Assembly (NCBI RefSeq): GCF_009914755.1
Contig: NC_060935.1
Reading direction: 5' to 3' (one strand)
Source: the human T2T-CHM13v2.0 reference genome, Homo sapiens
Length of the DNA: 64,000 bases
Part shown: in pieces, positions 1-13,916 of the stretch
How the letters are laid out: each line of letters begins with the position of its first letter
Position numbering within the stretch: position 1 is the stretch's first letter
Notes under the pieces: model-generated
The model's database searches: none
Told to the model about the DNA's origin: nothing
Seen by the model: the letters and a program-made list of their open reading frames with translations, nothing else
Translations under genes and position numbers: made by a program

Positions 1-421
1 AGATGGTAAGGAGACAGCAGCCCAAGGAGAAGTCTGGAAGGTGAGGGGAGCTCTCTGGGAGGTGCAGGGAGAGGGTGGGTTGACTGAGAGGGTCCTGAGA
101 GCCTGGCTGAAGAGTGGTAGGAAGTGGGAAGGAAGGAACTTCAGGAAGCGGCAGGCTTTGCTCGGTGTCCCAAGGGGAGCCCAGCTTAAAACTCATTAGA
201 AAAAAACAAAGGAAAGCACCTGAGTTTGATGAGTTTGGTTCTAGATGGCAATTCCTCCTGGAGCCTTCTTAATTTCCTTGGTAAATAAGATCGCTTTGAT
301 CACTGCCTCAGAGAAAACTTAATTCTGATATGGAATGTCTTGAGTTTGTATCAGTTTGCGGATTCTCCACTGGAAAAATGAGCTGGTGGTGAAAGGGTCC
401 CACAAGAGGAGAAGACAAACA

Positions 422-430
422 TCTCTCTCT

Positions 431-473
<43 letters not shown>

Positions 474-486
474 TGTCTGTCTGTCT
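422..486. repeat. (TC)n(TG)n(TCTG)n compound microsatellite
   Basis: Directly visible tctctc...tgtgtg...tctgtctg run. Confidence 0.95.
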
Positions 487-1004
487 CCTAGTTCTAGTTA
501 GAACTAGGAGAGCAGGTAAGGGTATTTTGAGTCCATTTGTTGGGACAGGGCAGTTGGGTAAGGATGGGGTTAGGGACTATTGTTTGGAGCTCAAAGACAG
601 TAAAATGCTTTCAGTTTTGGTGACTCAAAATGTGGGTTATGGGGAGCAGCATATAAGAAAACCCCTTTCCTTGCCAATCTGAGTTCCACATTTCCTTCCA
701 AATCCTGCTTAGAGTTCGCCACCTCCAGGAAGCCTTCCTTCCTACCTCACCTCAGTCCTGGCTGTGATTGGTCCCTTCTTTGAGCCTAAGTTGGCCTGGA
801 CAGATTCGTATCTTTGGACCAAGGGTGGATGCTCACACTGCAGCATCTAGGGGAACCTCCCTCTCTCTGGGCCTTGATTTCATCATTTATACATCAAAGA
901 GGATGATGGTGACTCTGGCCCTTGCAGTCTCTGATACTGAGGGCACCCAGGGAGGGTGAGAGTAGGCAGGGCGGGGAGAAGCAGCAGACATCCCTGTTAT
1001 CTAT

Positions 1005-1150
1005 GGGATGTTATGCTAGGGCTTTTTCATCCATTACCTCATTGAACTTCACAACAATCCTATGGATCTGGAACTATGACCATTCTCATTTTACAGATGA
1101 GGAAATAGAGGCTTAGAGACGTTAAATGATTTGCCCAAGGTTGGTCTCAC
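1005..1150 (-). mobile_element. MIR SINE fragment
   Basis: MIR core antisense: cattttacagatgaggaaatagaggcttagagacgttaaatgatttgcccaagg. Confidence 0.85.
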
Positions 1151-1379
1151 AGGAAATGGCCAGGCTGCATTAGACACAGTCACCTGGCCTAGGCAGGGAG
1201 GCCTTGCCAGGAACCTGGGGAGGGGCCGGGCGGACCCTGTGGCACATTCCCCCAGGGTCAGCAGGAGCCTCTGAGATTTCCCCTGCCTCTCTGATCTCTT
1301 GCTCTACTGACTGTGTGCTGTCTGTCTCAGTCTTGGAAACTCCTAGGGATCGGAATTACACACTGTCTTTTCTCTAGGT

Positions 1380-1729
1380 CAAGGACTGAAAAATTAAATT
1401 CTTACAGGGCCAGGCAGTAATTAAGTGAAGTGGGCAGAATAAGTGCAAATTCGTTTGTTGCCTGAGTGGTGGTAAATGCAGCTCCTGAAGAGCACTTGCT
1501 TCTCAGGGATGGCTGCTTCTCAGCTCCAGCCAATTGTTACCTCCTGGTATCAGGGCTCAGTGTTATCAGAACCTCTGATCTTTAAAGAGAAGCTACATTT
1601 CCTGATTTCTAAAAGTTGGTCTAAATCTGCTGGTTCTGAGCAGTACTTTAAAACAACAAATGAATACATGAATAAAATACATTAACAGACTGAATGTTAC
1701 TCTGCCAGGTGACAGTTTTGCAACCTCTG
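1380..1729. mobile_element. MER102-like hAT-Charlie DNA transposon
   Basis: tacagggccaggcagtaa...cagctccagccaattgttacc...cagttttgcaacctctg resemble the recalled MER102 consensus, including its terminus. Confidence 0.7.
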
Positions 1730-2199
1730 AAGCCTGATTTCATCCTTGCCTTGTCCAGGCAAGCTTGGTTGAAAGTCTCCTCTTCTATGGTTGCTCAGGA
1801 GGTGATGCTGATGCCTTTGGGTGGGACCATGGTTTGGTGTTTGTGATGAAGTGGGAAGAAGTCTCCCAGAAGTCTCTTACCTTACCGCTCCTCCATCCCC
1901 ACTGCCCCCACAACCCTCAAGCACACTTCAGTACTTTCCAAGAGTGGGACAGGTATTGACAAGAGTGGGTCCCAGTTTCAGACCTCTTTGAGTAGTTTTC
2001 CAACTGGACTTGGAACAACAATGTGAAATGGCATCCTGACAGGAATAGCAGCCCGTTGAATTTATGTCCTCCATCCTCAAAGTTCTCTGAGGAGATTAGG
2101 GACATAGTAGCTGGGGTGAGGTGAATGTCATACACACATTCTAAGATGACCAACACATAAGGGAACAAGACACTTTGACCAAGTACCAGTAGAAACAAT

Positions 2200-2680
2200 A
2201 GACAATAGAAACAGAGTCATGCAGGCTTCAGATATTGGAATTATCAGACATAGACTATAAAATAACTATGCTTACTATGTTCAAAGAAATAAAAAACACC
2301 AGCTTGAAAACTTCAGCAGGGAACTGAAAACTATTAAATACATAACAAATTTTTAAAAAAGGAATTCTAGAACTAAAATGCAATAGCTAAAATTAAGAAA
2401 TTGATGGGTGAGTTTTAAAGCAGATTAAACACAGCTAAAGAGAAAATTACTGAATTGGAATTAAGGTCAGATGAAACTGTTCAGTGTAGCACTGAGAAAA
2501 AAAGATGGAAAATACAGAAAAGAGGGTAAAAGACAAGGAGGACAAAATGAGAAAGCCTAGCGTATATTTAATTGAAGTCTCAGATGAAAGGAGAAAGAAG
2601 AGAGAGAGAAAACCAGGTGGAAGAAATATTTAAATTTTCTATTACAGAGGAAAGACATCAGTTTATTGTTCAAGAAGGGT
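2200..2680 (+). mobile_element. Old L1M fragment (ORF1 region)
   Basis: A-rich; cagatattggaattatcagacatagactataaaataactatg...agcagattaaacacagctaaagagaaaattactgaattggaa typical of L1M ORF1. Confidence 0.75.
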
Positions 2681-2976
2681 TCAGTGGTGGATTGATCTGT
2701 ACCAGACACAGGAGGGTTCAGCCATTCACTGGCTCAGAGGGGTCAGAAATGACTCGCAAATCACTGGGCCTATATGGGAATTGAGCCAGAGGTCTCTAGC
2801 CTAGGAGAAATGGGATTTGGGAGAGTAACAGAAGTGAAGCTTTCATTCATTTACTTCACTAATTTACAAATTGATTCATTTGTTCACTTACTTATCAATT
2901 CAATATCTATTTTTTGAGCACCTAAGAGGCTTGAGTCACTGTAATTGGCATTTGATCAGAAAATGAAGAGTCTTCA

Positions 2977-3112
2977 TTTTTTTTTTTTTAATTTTTAGAG
3001 ACAGGGTCTTGCTATGTTGCTTAAGCTGGTCTTGACCTCCTGGGCTCAAGCTATCCTTCCACCCCATAGTCCCAAGTAGCTGGGATTACAGGCATGCACC
3101 ACTGTACCCAGG
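2977..3112 (-). mobile_element. FLAM / Alu left monomer
   Basis: poly-T then agagacagggtcttgctatgttg...gctgggattacaggcatgcaccactgtaccc; degenerate TSD gaagagtctt / gaaagtctt. Confidence 0.9.
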
Positions 3113-5554
3113 TGAAAGTCTTAGTTTTAAAGAAAATGTTTGTCCTTGAATGAGGCAAGATGTTTAGGGAGTTTAGTGTCTGGGTGCCCAGAGGCAACAT
3201 GGCACCTGGAGCCTATGATGATGGGAATTAGAGGCTGGTTTGGGGACAAAGGTCGTTTGATGGGAAATGACCAAAACTAGTGCCTATGAAGATGTTGGCC
3301 CATCTGTGAAGATAGCAGTCACTCTAGGAAGAGGTAATTTGGACTCCAACTCAGCAGCTTTGCTACTTTGAGTGGAATTGGTAGGATTTTTGAGAACCTG
3401 ACCAACTTAATGTTATTTTTGTTTTATTCATTTTCAATAAGATTTATTGTAATAAAAGGAGCCTGCCTAAACTATACTAAAAGGAAGAGTATGCTGGTAT
3501 CAGCTGCAGAGAAAGGTGACACAGCAGTCCTGTAAAGGTGACACGTGGGCATTAGGGAGGGCATTCCAAGGTACATCTTCAGGGTACAAAGCCAGGACTC
3601 TGAGCAGCTATCCCACCTGGGGATTTGGGAAGGCTTAGAACACTTGAGCCACATGTAAACTTGGCCACTAGCACCCTCTATGGCTCTCTCTCAACTTTTT
3701 GGGCTCTTAGACCCCTTTGAGGTTGCAATGAAGCCTGTTACCAGAAAAGCACACTTACAAACAACAGTGCAAATTCAGGGGATCCCTGGATCCTAGCCTA
3801 AAATCCTTTGATCTATTCACCCCTTTATTGTAATTTGGGAAAACTGAGGTCTTCATTGGTAGTGGTTGTTTAAATTCATGCAGTTGGTGGTAGAGTTAGG
3901 GCTCTGTTTCAGGTGTCTTGCCCTCTGGTTTGCTGCTTCTCCCCACTTGCTCCTCCCCTCTCCCCCTAGAGCTCTCCTGGGTGGAGTCCTGCCGCTGTGT
4001 TTTGTGTGAGAGGCAGCACTCTCACAGGACATGGTGTGGGGGAAGGTCAGCTCATTAAGTTGCACGGGGTAGAATAAGGTTCCTGAGAGGTTTTGGGGGA
4101 ATATCAGTAGGTGGAAGGCCCAGAAGGGGATACCCTTCTGGAGGAAGGGATCCTTCTCCTGCAGGACCTGGGAGTACTAGCTGCTTTTTAATCCAAAAGG
4201 CACTGGAGAGTATGCGAAAGCACTTGGATAGACTAGGGATGTGATAAAAGTGTTGTTAAAGGAAGCTGATTCCTATAGTCATGTTCTTCCCTCTCTCATA
4301 GCAAACAGGACTCCAGGGCGACCCAGTGCTTGGGAGACAGCCCAGATTCCCAGTGTGACCTTAGCCTCAGTTCATCCTTCCTGAAATCCACCATACCAAA
4401 GCTTTGGGGGCAGGTGGAAGGCTCTTGGAGACCCCAGTTTTGTAGGACAAATTCCCCTCTGATTTGCTCTCCTCTCTTTTCTGTGTTGCTCTTTCCTCTT
4501 GTCTTCCCTGTCTGTTGCAGGGAGAGCACAAAGAGGAGGTAGGGCACAAGCACCACCCATCAAACTCTCATTTTCTTTCAAGAAAAAATTACAATTATGA
4601 AAGATTTCACCATTGGGTCTAAAAACACCACAATGCAAATGCCTCTGTTCCCCCAGTCCTCTTCCCTCTCTCCTCATCATCGTGTCCCTTTCTTCATCAG
4701 CACCGCTGATCGACTACACTCTGGGGGAAGGGGGTTCGTGCGGAAGCCATTGGGATCTTCAGCAGCAGAGAGGAGAAGTGAGGACGGGGAGGGGAGAGGC
4801 GAGGTGTGGTCAGAGCCAGGTGCAGCTGGGAAAGAGGGAGGCTGGAGTACTAGGAGTCCACAGCTTGCTCAGACCAATGTGCACTGTGGGAGGGGCAGTG
4901 AAGCAGCCTCCAGCTCTTGCTGCTGAATGGTGAGCAGTTTCCTGGCGCACTTAGCTGGAGGTAGCCTTCTCCCTCTTCCTGGTGAAAGTGTGATGTGGAG
5001 TTTATTGATTCCATTTACCACAGTATTTTCCTTAAATATTTTTTTGAGTCTAATGCACACCGTATGCACCCATAATGGCTCTAGCTAGCCTTGTTTTTCT
5101 GTAGAACCAATAAAGCAATTTGGAGGAGATGAAATTGAACTCAGAGGCATCAGGAGAGGGTGGCTGGAGATGTGCGCAGGGAGGGAAGGATGAGCCTGAG
5201 ATAAAAGACCCAGGCGGTGGAGACATTCAGGATTGAGGGGCAATACAGCACTGTGATGACAGAGAGATGGGAAGGAATGGAAAAAAGAAAAGAAGTCAGG
5301 CAAGCCAGGGGATAAGGAAACACTAGAGGGGGAAAAGGGAGGGAAAAGAGAGATTGAAGAGAAAAAGGAAAGAGAAGGAAAGATGAAAGAATATATTATA
5401 GCCAACCCACAATTTTGTGTGACCTTGGGGATATGGGAGAGTTAAGTCTATGGGTGGCCTTCAAATTACTCTCCACAGTCTAAGTCTAATTCTAATCTCT
5501 TCTCTCGCTCACCCAGCCTTTCATGAGAAAAGCAAAATAGACATCTGTGTTGGA

Positions 5555-6140
5555 CTGCAGTGTTGTCTACTTCCCCAGCATCCATTCACCCCTCTCTCAC
5601 TGCAGAGCAGCCATGTTACCTGAGCAGGACTCAACTTCTGGGTTGGTCCCTAATGGGCTAAGCCAATGACAGTATTCTTACCTTCCCTGGCCTCAGTGAT
5701 TGGGTAAGGAAAAGGCATATAACCCAGCACCAAGCCAATCAATGCATAGGATTCTCTTGGCCATGGTGATTGGCTTGAGAGCTACCTCGTGATGTAAGTT
5801 GGTCCAATCAGAGAGAAAGTTGGGATTTGTGGTAAAAGTTGGGAGTAAGAAAAGCCTTTTAAACCTCCGTGGTTATGAAAAAGGAAGCATGTGACCCCGG
5901 AGGTGCTAGCACACATTTTGCTATTGTGAGGGAATTCAATCTGAGAATGGGCCTGATACATTAGAAAAGGAGAGTGGAGAGAATCACAAAGAAATGTAGC
6001 CAAGGATTATGAGACATTACCAACCTCTGGGTGAAACTCCTCCTGAAGCTGACATTTCCCCTGGGGATTCCAATTTCATGAGTCAATAGATTTCCTATTG
6101 GTTAAGTAATTTTGAGTTTGATTTTCTGTTATATACAGTG
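5555..6140 (+). mobile_element. MLT1 (J/K-type) ERVL-MaLR solo LTR
   Basis: ctaagccaat...ggccatggtgattggcttgag...ccaatcagag; 3' end ttgagtttgattttctgtta. Confidence 0.65.
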
Positions 6141-7419
6141 GACAGTATAATATCTTTACATTTGATTCCTTCTGTTCTTTCAGCTACAGGCCTCGTGAAA
6201 GCTTTTGCAGAGTGTATCTGCAGGCCTGCGTTGGGCAGGGTTCCAGGGGAAGACTGGGCTTCAGATGAACTCCTCTCCCAGAAGCTTAACTCAGTCCCCA
6301 GGGTCAGGCTGGTAGGGGGAGGGAAGGAGGGAGGAGTAAAAGGCCAGAGAATCCACATTCTGGAAGGTCAGGCCCTTTCCACTCAGCTGGGCAAACTCTC
6401 CCTGCTCAGCCCCGAGTCAGTCTTCAGAGCACCTTTCAGCTCCAGGTACAGATTCCCCAGACTGGGATCCAAGACCGACCCTCCTGGACTCATCTTCCAC
6501 TGCTCCCCTCTGTGTACCCCACTGCCAGCCAGACTCCAGCACACCACCCCTCTCCTCCCCTGCCCATCTACTTACTGGGGGTCCCTTTGCCTGGAAACTC
6601 CCACTCCTATCTGTTTGGATGTCACTCATCTCTCAAGCCCTGCCTCAACACCACCCCTGAAGCCTCCCCTGACTTTAATAATCCACCCAAAACCCTCTTC
6701 CTCCTGCGGGAGCTTCATCTGAATCTGTGTGAATTGTGGTTGGGTGGGTGGCATGAGAAAATGTGTAGTTTGAAAAGTCATACTCAACATGTCTATTGTT
6801 TTTGTCCATAAACTGCCAAAAGTTAGGTTAACAAACTGCTCTGGATTAATGGAATTATACTTCAGACAGCAAGAGAAAGCATTGCTGGGGTCATAGGCTA
6901 AAAAAAAAATGTTGAGAACTCACACTCTAATTGATGAATCCTCTTCTCTGTTCGACTTCTAAGGGCCCTTGCACCTTTCTGTAGCACTCGATGGGCCCTG
7001 CCTTACACTGCAGTTGTTTGTATATTGATCTTGCTCCTTTGCTAGGTCATAACCACCACTGACTGGCAGAACTGGGAGGGCCTTGGGATATCACCGGATT
7101 CAGGGATCCACCACCTCTTCTTCACGAGTTGCACGTGAGCAATGGTTCACCTTTGCAGTGAGCTGCTAAGGTTATTTTAAAAACTGAGTTTGAAAGCTGT
7201 CACCCCTCACCTTTCTTTCATATTCAAGAAAGCATAAAAGAAACTGAGTGATTCTGGAACAAAGAGGTCACTGCGTGGCTTTTAAAAGGCCTTCGTGAAA
7301 CCATGGTCTTGACAGCTTAATTTGTAGAGATAAAATGCTTTTTGTTACATTTATGAAACAACTCTTTGCATCAGCAGCACCAAGCTTGGAGGCCTGGGCA
7401 TAGCTTTAAGCTAGGGCTT

Positions 7420-7527
7420 TGTGTTTGTCCGTTTGCATTGCTATAAAGTGATACCTGAGGCTGGGTAATTTATTTAAAAAAGGAGGTATATTTGGGCTCA
7501 GGGTTCTGCAAGCTGTACAGGAAGCAT
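7420..7527 (-). mobile_element. MST/THE1-type MaLR LTR 3' fragment
   Basis: gtccgtttgcattgctataaagtgatacctgaggctgggtaattta...ggttctgcaagctgtacaggaagcat. Confidence 0.85.
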
Positions 7528-9725
7528 TTTGGGAAACCCAAAGGGATACCCCAACAGCAGGAATGGGACAGCTCTTCCTGGCTTCTTGGGAGGTAGGGGA
7601 GGCTGTGAGCCTCCTTCTTCCTCCATGTCACCCTCACTGGGTCAAACTTCAGAGCAGGGACAGGTGAGAAATAAATATTCCCAGGTAGGTGTGGGGGACC
7701 TGAGAATATTGGGGCTTGTGGACTGCCTTCTGTGTGTGGCCTGAGATGAAGACAAACCTCCCAGAGAAGGTCCGGGTTTGGCGTGGCCCTGGGTCAGACG
7801 TGGTGCAGCCCTGGTTGAGGGAGCTGTGCAGGGCGGTTCTTAATCAGTGTTCCTGGCTGCCAATGCCCTGTATCCAACACAGCAGAGGATCTGGGAGTTC
7901 CATGTGTCTCAGAGGGGAGATTGCAGAAGTGTGAAAGAATTGTGGACATACAGGCCTGGAGTTAGGATGAGGAGGTCACGTGAGGGCAGATGGTGGGAGA
8001 GGCTGGGACCTCATCTGGGAGTGCTATCCGATGTCAGAAAAGATCAGCTGCAGCCAGAGGGCAACAGGTTGGACACCCAGAGATAGGTGGCCCAGGGGAA
8101 TAGCTCATGGAGGCTGACAATAACCCAGAGGACAGCAGGTGGGCTGGGGGCCCTGCCCTGGCCACCACAAGGAGACACAAACTTCCCCCATCCCAAGGCC
8201 ATCCAAGGAAGGAGGATGGAAGAAATAGTGCTAAAAGGGACTTTTAAATGGAATTACTGTTTAATGGTAAGTTGATCACCACCCCCTCCATCCCTTAAGA
8301 CCCCCACACCCACCAAACTGTGAGCAGGGATGGACAACCTGGATCAAGAAGTGGTCAGCGATGGAAAATAAAGTAACTTTGTCCTACCAATCCGAGTTAT
8401 TGTGTGTACATTCCATCCCTTATTGCAGTAATTGTAATTTTGATGAGTGATAAGAAAGGGAAGCTCAAGGTGCTGTGAGAATATGTATTGGGACATCTGA
8501 CTTCGTTTGGGACATCAGAGAGGTCTGCCCAGAGGAGGAGAAGTTTAAGACAAATTCTGGAAGATGTATATGTATAGGGGTTCATGGGAGTGCAGAGGGA
8601 GAGCAGTGTTCCAGGAGTGGGTGACCCTTGCTTCTTTATCCTATATGAGAACCCCCTCAGAGTCCCTGGGCTGGGCTACCCTAGCCGATCTCCCCATCTC
8701 CTATCCAGGGCCAGGAGCAAGGGGACTCTTCCCAGAGGCCCTCGGGGTCTGCTGGAAGGGATACATGTGAATACAGCCTGGGCTGAGCCTCTGGCAGGAA
8801 GTCTGACAGTTGGTTGTCCCTGACCTCTCAGCCAGCCACAGCCCCTGATGCCTTTGCTAACTGAGCAGGGTTGGGGTAGGAGAACTCCCAGCCCCCATGT
8901 CCCCTGCTGGTCCACATGCCCTGCTGCTCAGCCAGGAGCTGTGTGTGGTGTTGGCTGCTCCGCTTAATGGTCGGGAAAGGAGGCAATCATGTCCCTTCCT
9001 TCTGCCGGCTGAGAGCCCGTGCAGAGGAAGCCCATTGGCAGCCCCTACTCATGTGCCAGCCTCAATTAGCCTAAGCGGGAGCAGAGGGCAGCACGGGTAA
9101 TAAAACCTGCAGCCAGGCAGCATGGGGCTGGGGATCCCTGGAAAGGCTGGGAACCCAGGAGAGACCTGGGTGGGGGCAAAGATAGCATTTGGAGGGATCT
9201 GTGAGGGTAGACAAAGAGAAAGGCAGGTATCAGCTATTTCCTTGCTCCTGCTTTGAAAGAAAATGTTCCAGATTGGAATCAAAACCGCAGGACCAGAAGT
9301 TCTCATTCATTGAAAGCATCTGGACCCAGGCTGAGTGAAAGCAAATGGACTCCAGTTCAAGAGGGCAGAGGAAAGCGTACCAGGAAGTGGATTCTCAGAC
9401 TGGAGGAGCAGGGATGGGGGTGGAGACAGGGCTGAAGCCTGGATTGGCTGCAACTCTCCAGGAGCAGCGCTGCTAGTGAGCTGGCCAAGGACAGTGGGCG
9501 TGGGGGAGCTCCGGCAGTGGTGCTTCATATGGGGTGGGTGGGAGCTGAGGCCACAGCCTGGGGTTTCCAGGGAGCACAGGGACCCCCTAAATAGACCTTG
9601 CAGAGCACCGGGTGGACGTGAGGAGCTGTAGGCTGGGCCCTGGCTATTGGGGAATTAATTTCTCCATGATTCCCCCCATCCTTTTCCAGGATTCCCAACC
9701 CTCATAGAACAGCCAAGGAGCGGGT

Positions 9726-9880
9726 CACCGGATGCCTCGTTAAAGTTGAATTTCAGGTAAGCAACAAATAAATGGATTAATATAGGTATGTCCCACACAA
9801 TATGTGAGATATATTTACACTAAACAATGATCCATTACTTACCTGAAATTCTAATGTAACTGGGCACTTTGGGTTTTTTC
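9726..9880. mobile_element. MER53 palindromic hAT MITE
   Basis: ggatgcctcgttaaagttgaatttcag...tatgtccca...ctgaaattctaatgtaactgggca; the arms are reverse complements. Confidence 0.85.
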
Positions 9881-10284
9881 CAGAGAGTGATGGGGGACCT
9901 CCTCCCAGCGTGGGGTCTGCATCTCTCCTGGAGGAAGGAGGGTGTCCTGTGCTGACCGCTGGCTCTCTACCCCAGGCCCATCCCGGGGGTGTGCAGGCCA
10001 CTGTGAGAGGTCACTGGATTCCCTGGCTGACTCTGGTGGGGCCCTCCTTATACAGGCAACGGAGGGGAGACTGCTTCATGAGGGCCACCCAGACCTCTGG
10101 TGGGCAAGACAGACAGACAGACAGAGGAGGTCTGGGGAGAGGGGATCCTGTAGGGAAGAGTGGAGGGCCCAGGCCCATGGGAGGCCCGTTCTCACCAGCA
10201 GGGCCCGCAGTGTCTCTGGGTTCCTGCGGCTCCTTGCTCCGCTGTGCTGCCCTTGGTTAGCCGACCAGACTCAGTGATGAATTT

Positions 10285-11460
10285 TCAGAGCACAAATCTG
10301 ACCATGCCATTTTCTTTCACAAAACCCTTTGGCGACTCCCTTTACCTTTAAGTCAGTCAAAATTTCTTAGCATTCTGGCCCCCTGCCTGGCTCTCCATCC
10401 TTATCTCCGTCCACACTGTGTGCCATTCTACCCTAGCGAAGTTCGGCCACTTGCAGTTCTGTAAACAAACCTTGCTCCTTCATGCTACAGGCGTCTGCCT
10501 AAGCTGTGGCCCTTCCATGGAATTCTTGACTATACTCCTTCCTCACCCTTCCATGCTATTTGCCATTCAAGATCAAGCTTAATGAGTATCTCTTCTTAGA
10601 ATCCTTCCTTGGCTCCTCTTCATCCTGTCCTCAGGAGAACTCAGACCTGGGACAGGCTGGATATGCCCAAATCATACTCATGCATTGTGCTCCAAAGTAC
10701 TCTGGCTCCTACATTCCCCACCTCAGTGAACAGCTTCCCCATGTACCTGGCATCCAAAGTAGAAACCCCATACTTCTCATTCACCCTCCCCAGTTACCCT
10801 TGGTCCCCACCCCATTCAAGTAGCCATCAAGTCTGGTCATTCTCACTCCTAAGGATGGCCCAGGTGGGGCCATCTATTTTGTCTGCACCCTGCAATTTTC
10901 CTCACGAGCACTTTACTGACCACCCTGAAGTTTCATGACATTTCCAGCTGTCTGCCTCCCATTCTAGACTGAAAACTGAAGGATCAGGAGGGCTGGGCTG
11001 TCTATCTGGGACACCACGTGTCTCCAGTGCCCTGCAGCACCTGACATGTGTGTAGGAGCTCCATGTTTCTTGGGTGAACCACGCATGCCCTTCACAGGGA
11101 GATTGTATCTTTCAGACCTCCAAAGTGCAGGCTCGGTCTTGTCACCTGATTACCCATCCTTCATCCTTCAAATCCCAACTCAAATGTCACCTCCTCCAGG
11201 AAGTCCTCCTTGAGCCCCGGGTTAAGTCAGCTCCCTGGGTTACACACTCCACAGCACTAAATGACTTTCCATTGCTGGACTCACCTGAGAGTACTGTAGG
11301 TGCACACTTACACCTAGGTGATTGTTTACGAGTGTCTGCCTTCTCCACCAGGCTGTGAGCTTCATGTGAGCTTCCAGGAAACATGTCTGTTTTGAGTCAC
11401 TCTTGTACTCTCAGTGCCCAAAGACAGTAGGTACTGCATAAATCTTTGGTGAATGAATGG
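10285..11460 (+). mobile_element. L2 LINE fragment cluster ending in an L2 3' end
   Basis: aaatctgaccatgcca..., caaatgtcacctcctccaggaag..., cagtaggtactgcataaatctttggtgaatgaatg. Confidence 0.75.
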
Positions 11461-12209
11461 ACAATCCAAGAGTAATGGATGAGAGAGGGATTTGCAAACT
11501 GTAAAGTTCCAGTGTTCTCCACCTTTCTGAGGCTCCTCTCATGTAACATTGGCCCTCCATGTGGGTGCGTTCTTAAATGTTGTGTGGTGGGGCAGGGGAG
11601 CATGGCAGACTCTCAGTGGGCAAGGAAAGGGCATGTGTAGTTTAGAGACAGCCCAGAGTAAATTTGATACTTTCCCCTCCCCTGCATACATGTTCTCTCT
11701 CTTCTTTTCTCTGTCTCTCACATCCAGGGACATTGAATTGATACAGGTTTGTGTTGCTGTTGTTGGCAGTGTGTTTTACACCTGTTAGTTTCAGCAGGTC
11801 TATCTTAGAGTATAAACTCCCAGAAAGAAGGAACTGGGTCTACAAGAGTCTCTGTAAAAGGTCTGAGTACTTAAACGGAGTTGGAAAATGAATCCGTGTC
11901 TAGCTAGTAAATTGTATGTAAAACCCTTTTCATGTGGGAGGTGGGAAGGGTATGTGTTACTGTGGCAGAGGCTGGGGGAGAGCATTCAAAGACTTCCCCC
12001 TCCAGATGGATCGCAGCAGGAAGGCCTAATGGAGGAGGTGAAACTCCCCCCAGCCCTCCCCATGTTGTCTCTGCTTTGGGGAACAAGTGCAGACATAGAT
12101 GCAGGGGTCTGATTCTTCCCAGAGTCCTGATGTTGGACGAGACTTTGGACATTGTGACTTAGTTTCTCTTTTATAGCAGGAATTCTTCCAGCAGCCTCCC
12201 TGGCAGATA

Positions 12210-12450
12210 CCACAGAGTCAGCATTGGAAGGGGCTTTGGACATCGAGGTTTGGAAAGAACCAGCTTAGTTCCAACACTCCCAGAGTCGGGGAGCTCACTA
12301 CTTTGTCCAGTAGTTCATCCCACAGTTGAATATCTCATCGTTAGCTCTTTCTTTTTCTGAGCTAGTTGTACTTACTTGTTCATGTCCCTCCTGCTTCTGC
12401 TTGAAGAATAATGAGCCTGATGGCTCTCCCGGGGCAGCTCTTCAAGGCTG
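12210..12450 (-). mobile_element. L3/CR1 3'-region fragment
   Basis: aacactcccagagtcggggagctcactac...gcagctcttcaa resemble the antisense L3 3' region. Confidence 0.55.
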
Positions 12451-13207
12451 GGATGCCTCTCCGGCATCGTCCTGGTGCAATCTGCACTCCTGTGGCTGGG
12501 CCCTCCTGGATCCTGGATCTATCTCCCTCTTTGGAGGACAGGGTGGGATGAATCAGTGGGTCTGGCTGGGGGCTGAAGGTTCCTGTGTTGATCCTCCCCT
12601 CATTGTGTCCTCCCCCCAGATCAGGAGACTTTCTCCTGTGGGCTCTCCTCCCCCTGCCCCAGGCCCGCGAGTCTGTCACACAGCTATGACTTACCTAAAT
12701 GTGTGTCACCCAGAGGACAGGAACATTTGATTGCTGGGGAAAAATACTTATTTTTTCCTAACGCCTTTCAAAAAATGAGTCATGATTGGTCTAAAAATAG
12801 TCCGTGGAAATCAGAAGAAACAAACACACACACAAAATGATACTAAAATTCAGAGTACCTAATTATAGGAGAAAGGAAATGGTTTGGCAAAATTGGGATT
12901 CCAGTAATGTTTTCATATTTTCTTTGAATCAAACATCATGCAGGGAGAGTGAAATACATTCGGCATTGTTAATAAATTTTCTAACCCAGAGACTCATCGT
13001 CCCTCTATCAAGCTGTTTACAACCTCCATGGGCATTTCTGAGTTTGTGGTTTTTGGACTTACTCCCCTCTCTGCTTTTCCCCGGGCAGCTCCTGTTGACT
13101 AGCATAAACCTCACAACCGGCATGATCAATCAGGCCGCCTGTCATCATTGCTCAGTCCAGACACTGAGCAAGCACCTTGGGTGAGAAAAGCACTGTAGAG
13201 GGCACTA

Positions 13208-13906
<699 letters not shown>

Positions 13907-13916
13907 AAAGATTATT

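Noticed and set aside
3661-3685. CTCF-like motif (similar ones near 50535 and 53710)
   Set aside because: Each needs an indel or core mismatches; not supportable without ChIP data
6138-6722. 194-aa ORF
   Set aside because: Non-ATG start, Pro/Leu/Ser-rich with no recognisable domain; consistent with a chance ORF in GC-rich DNA
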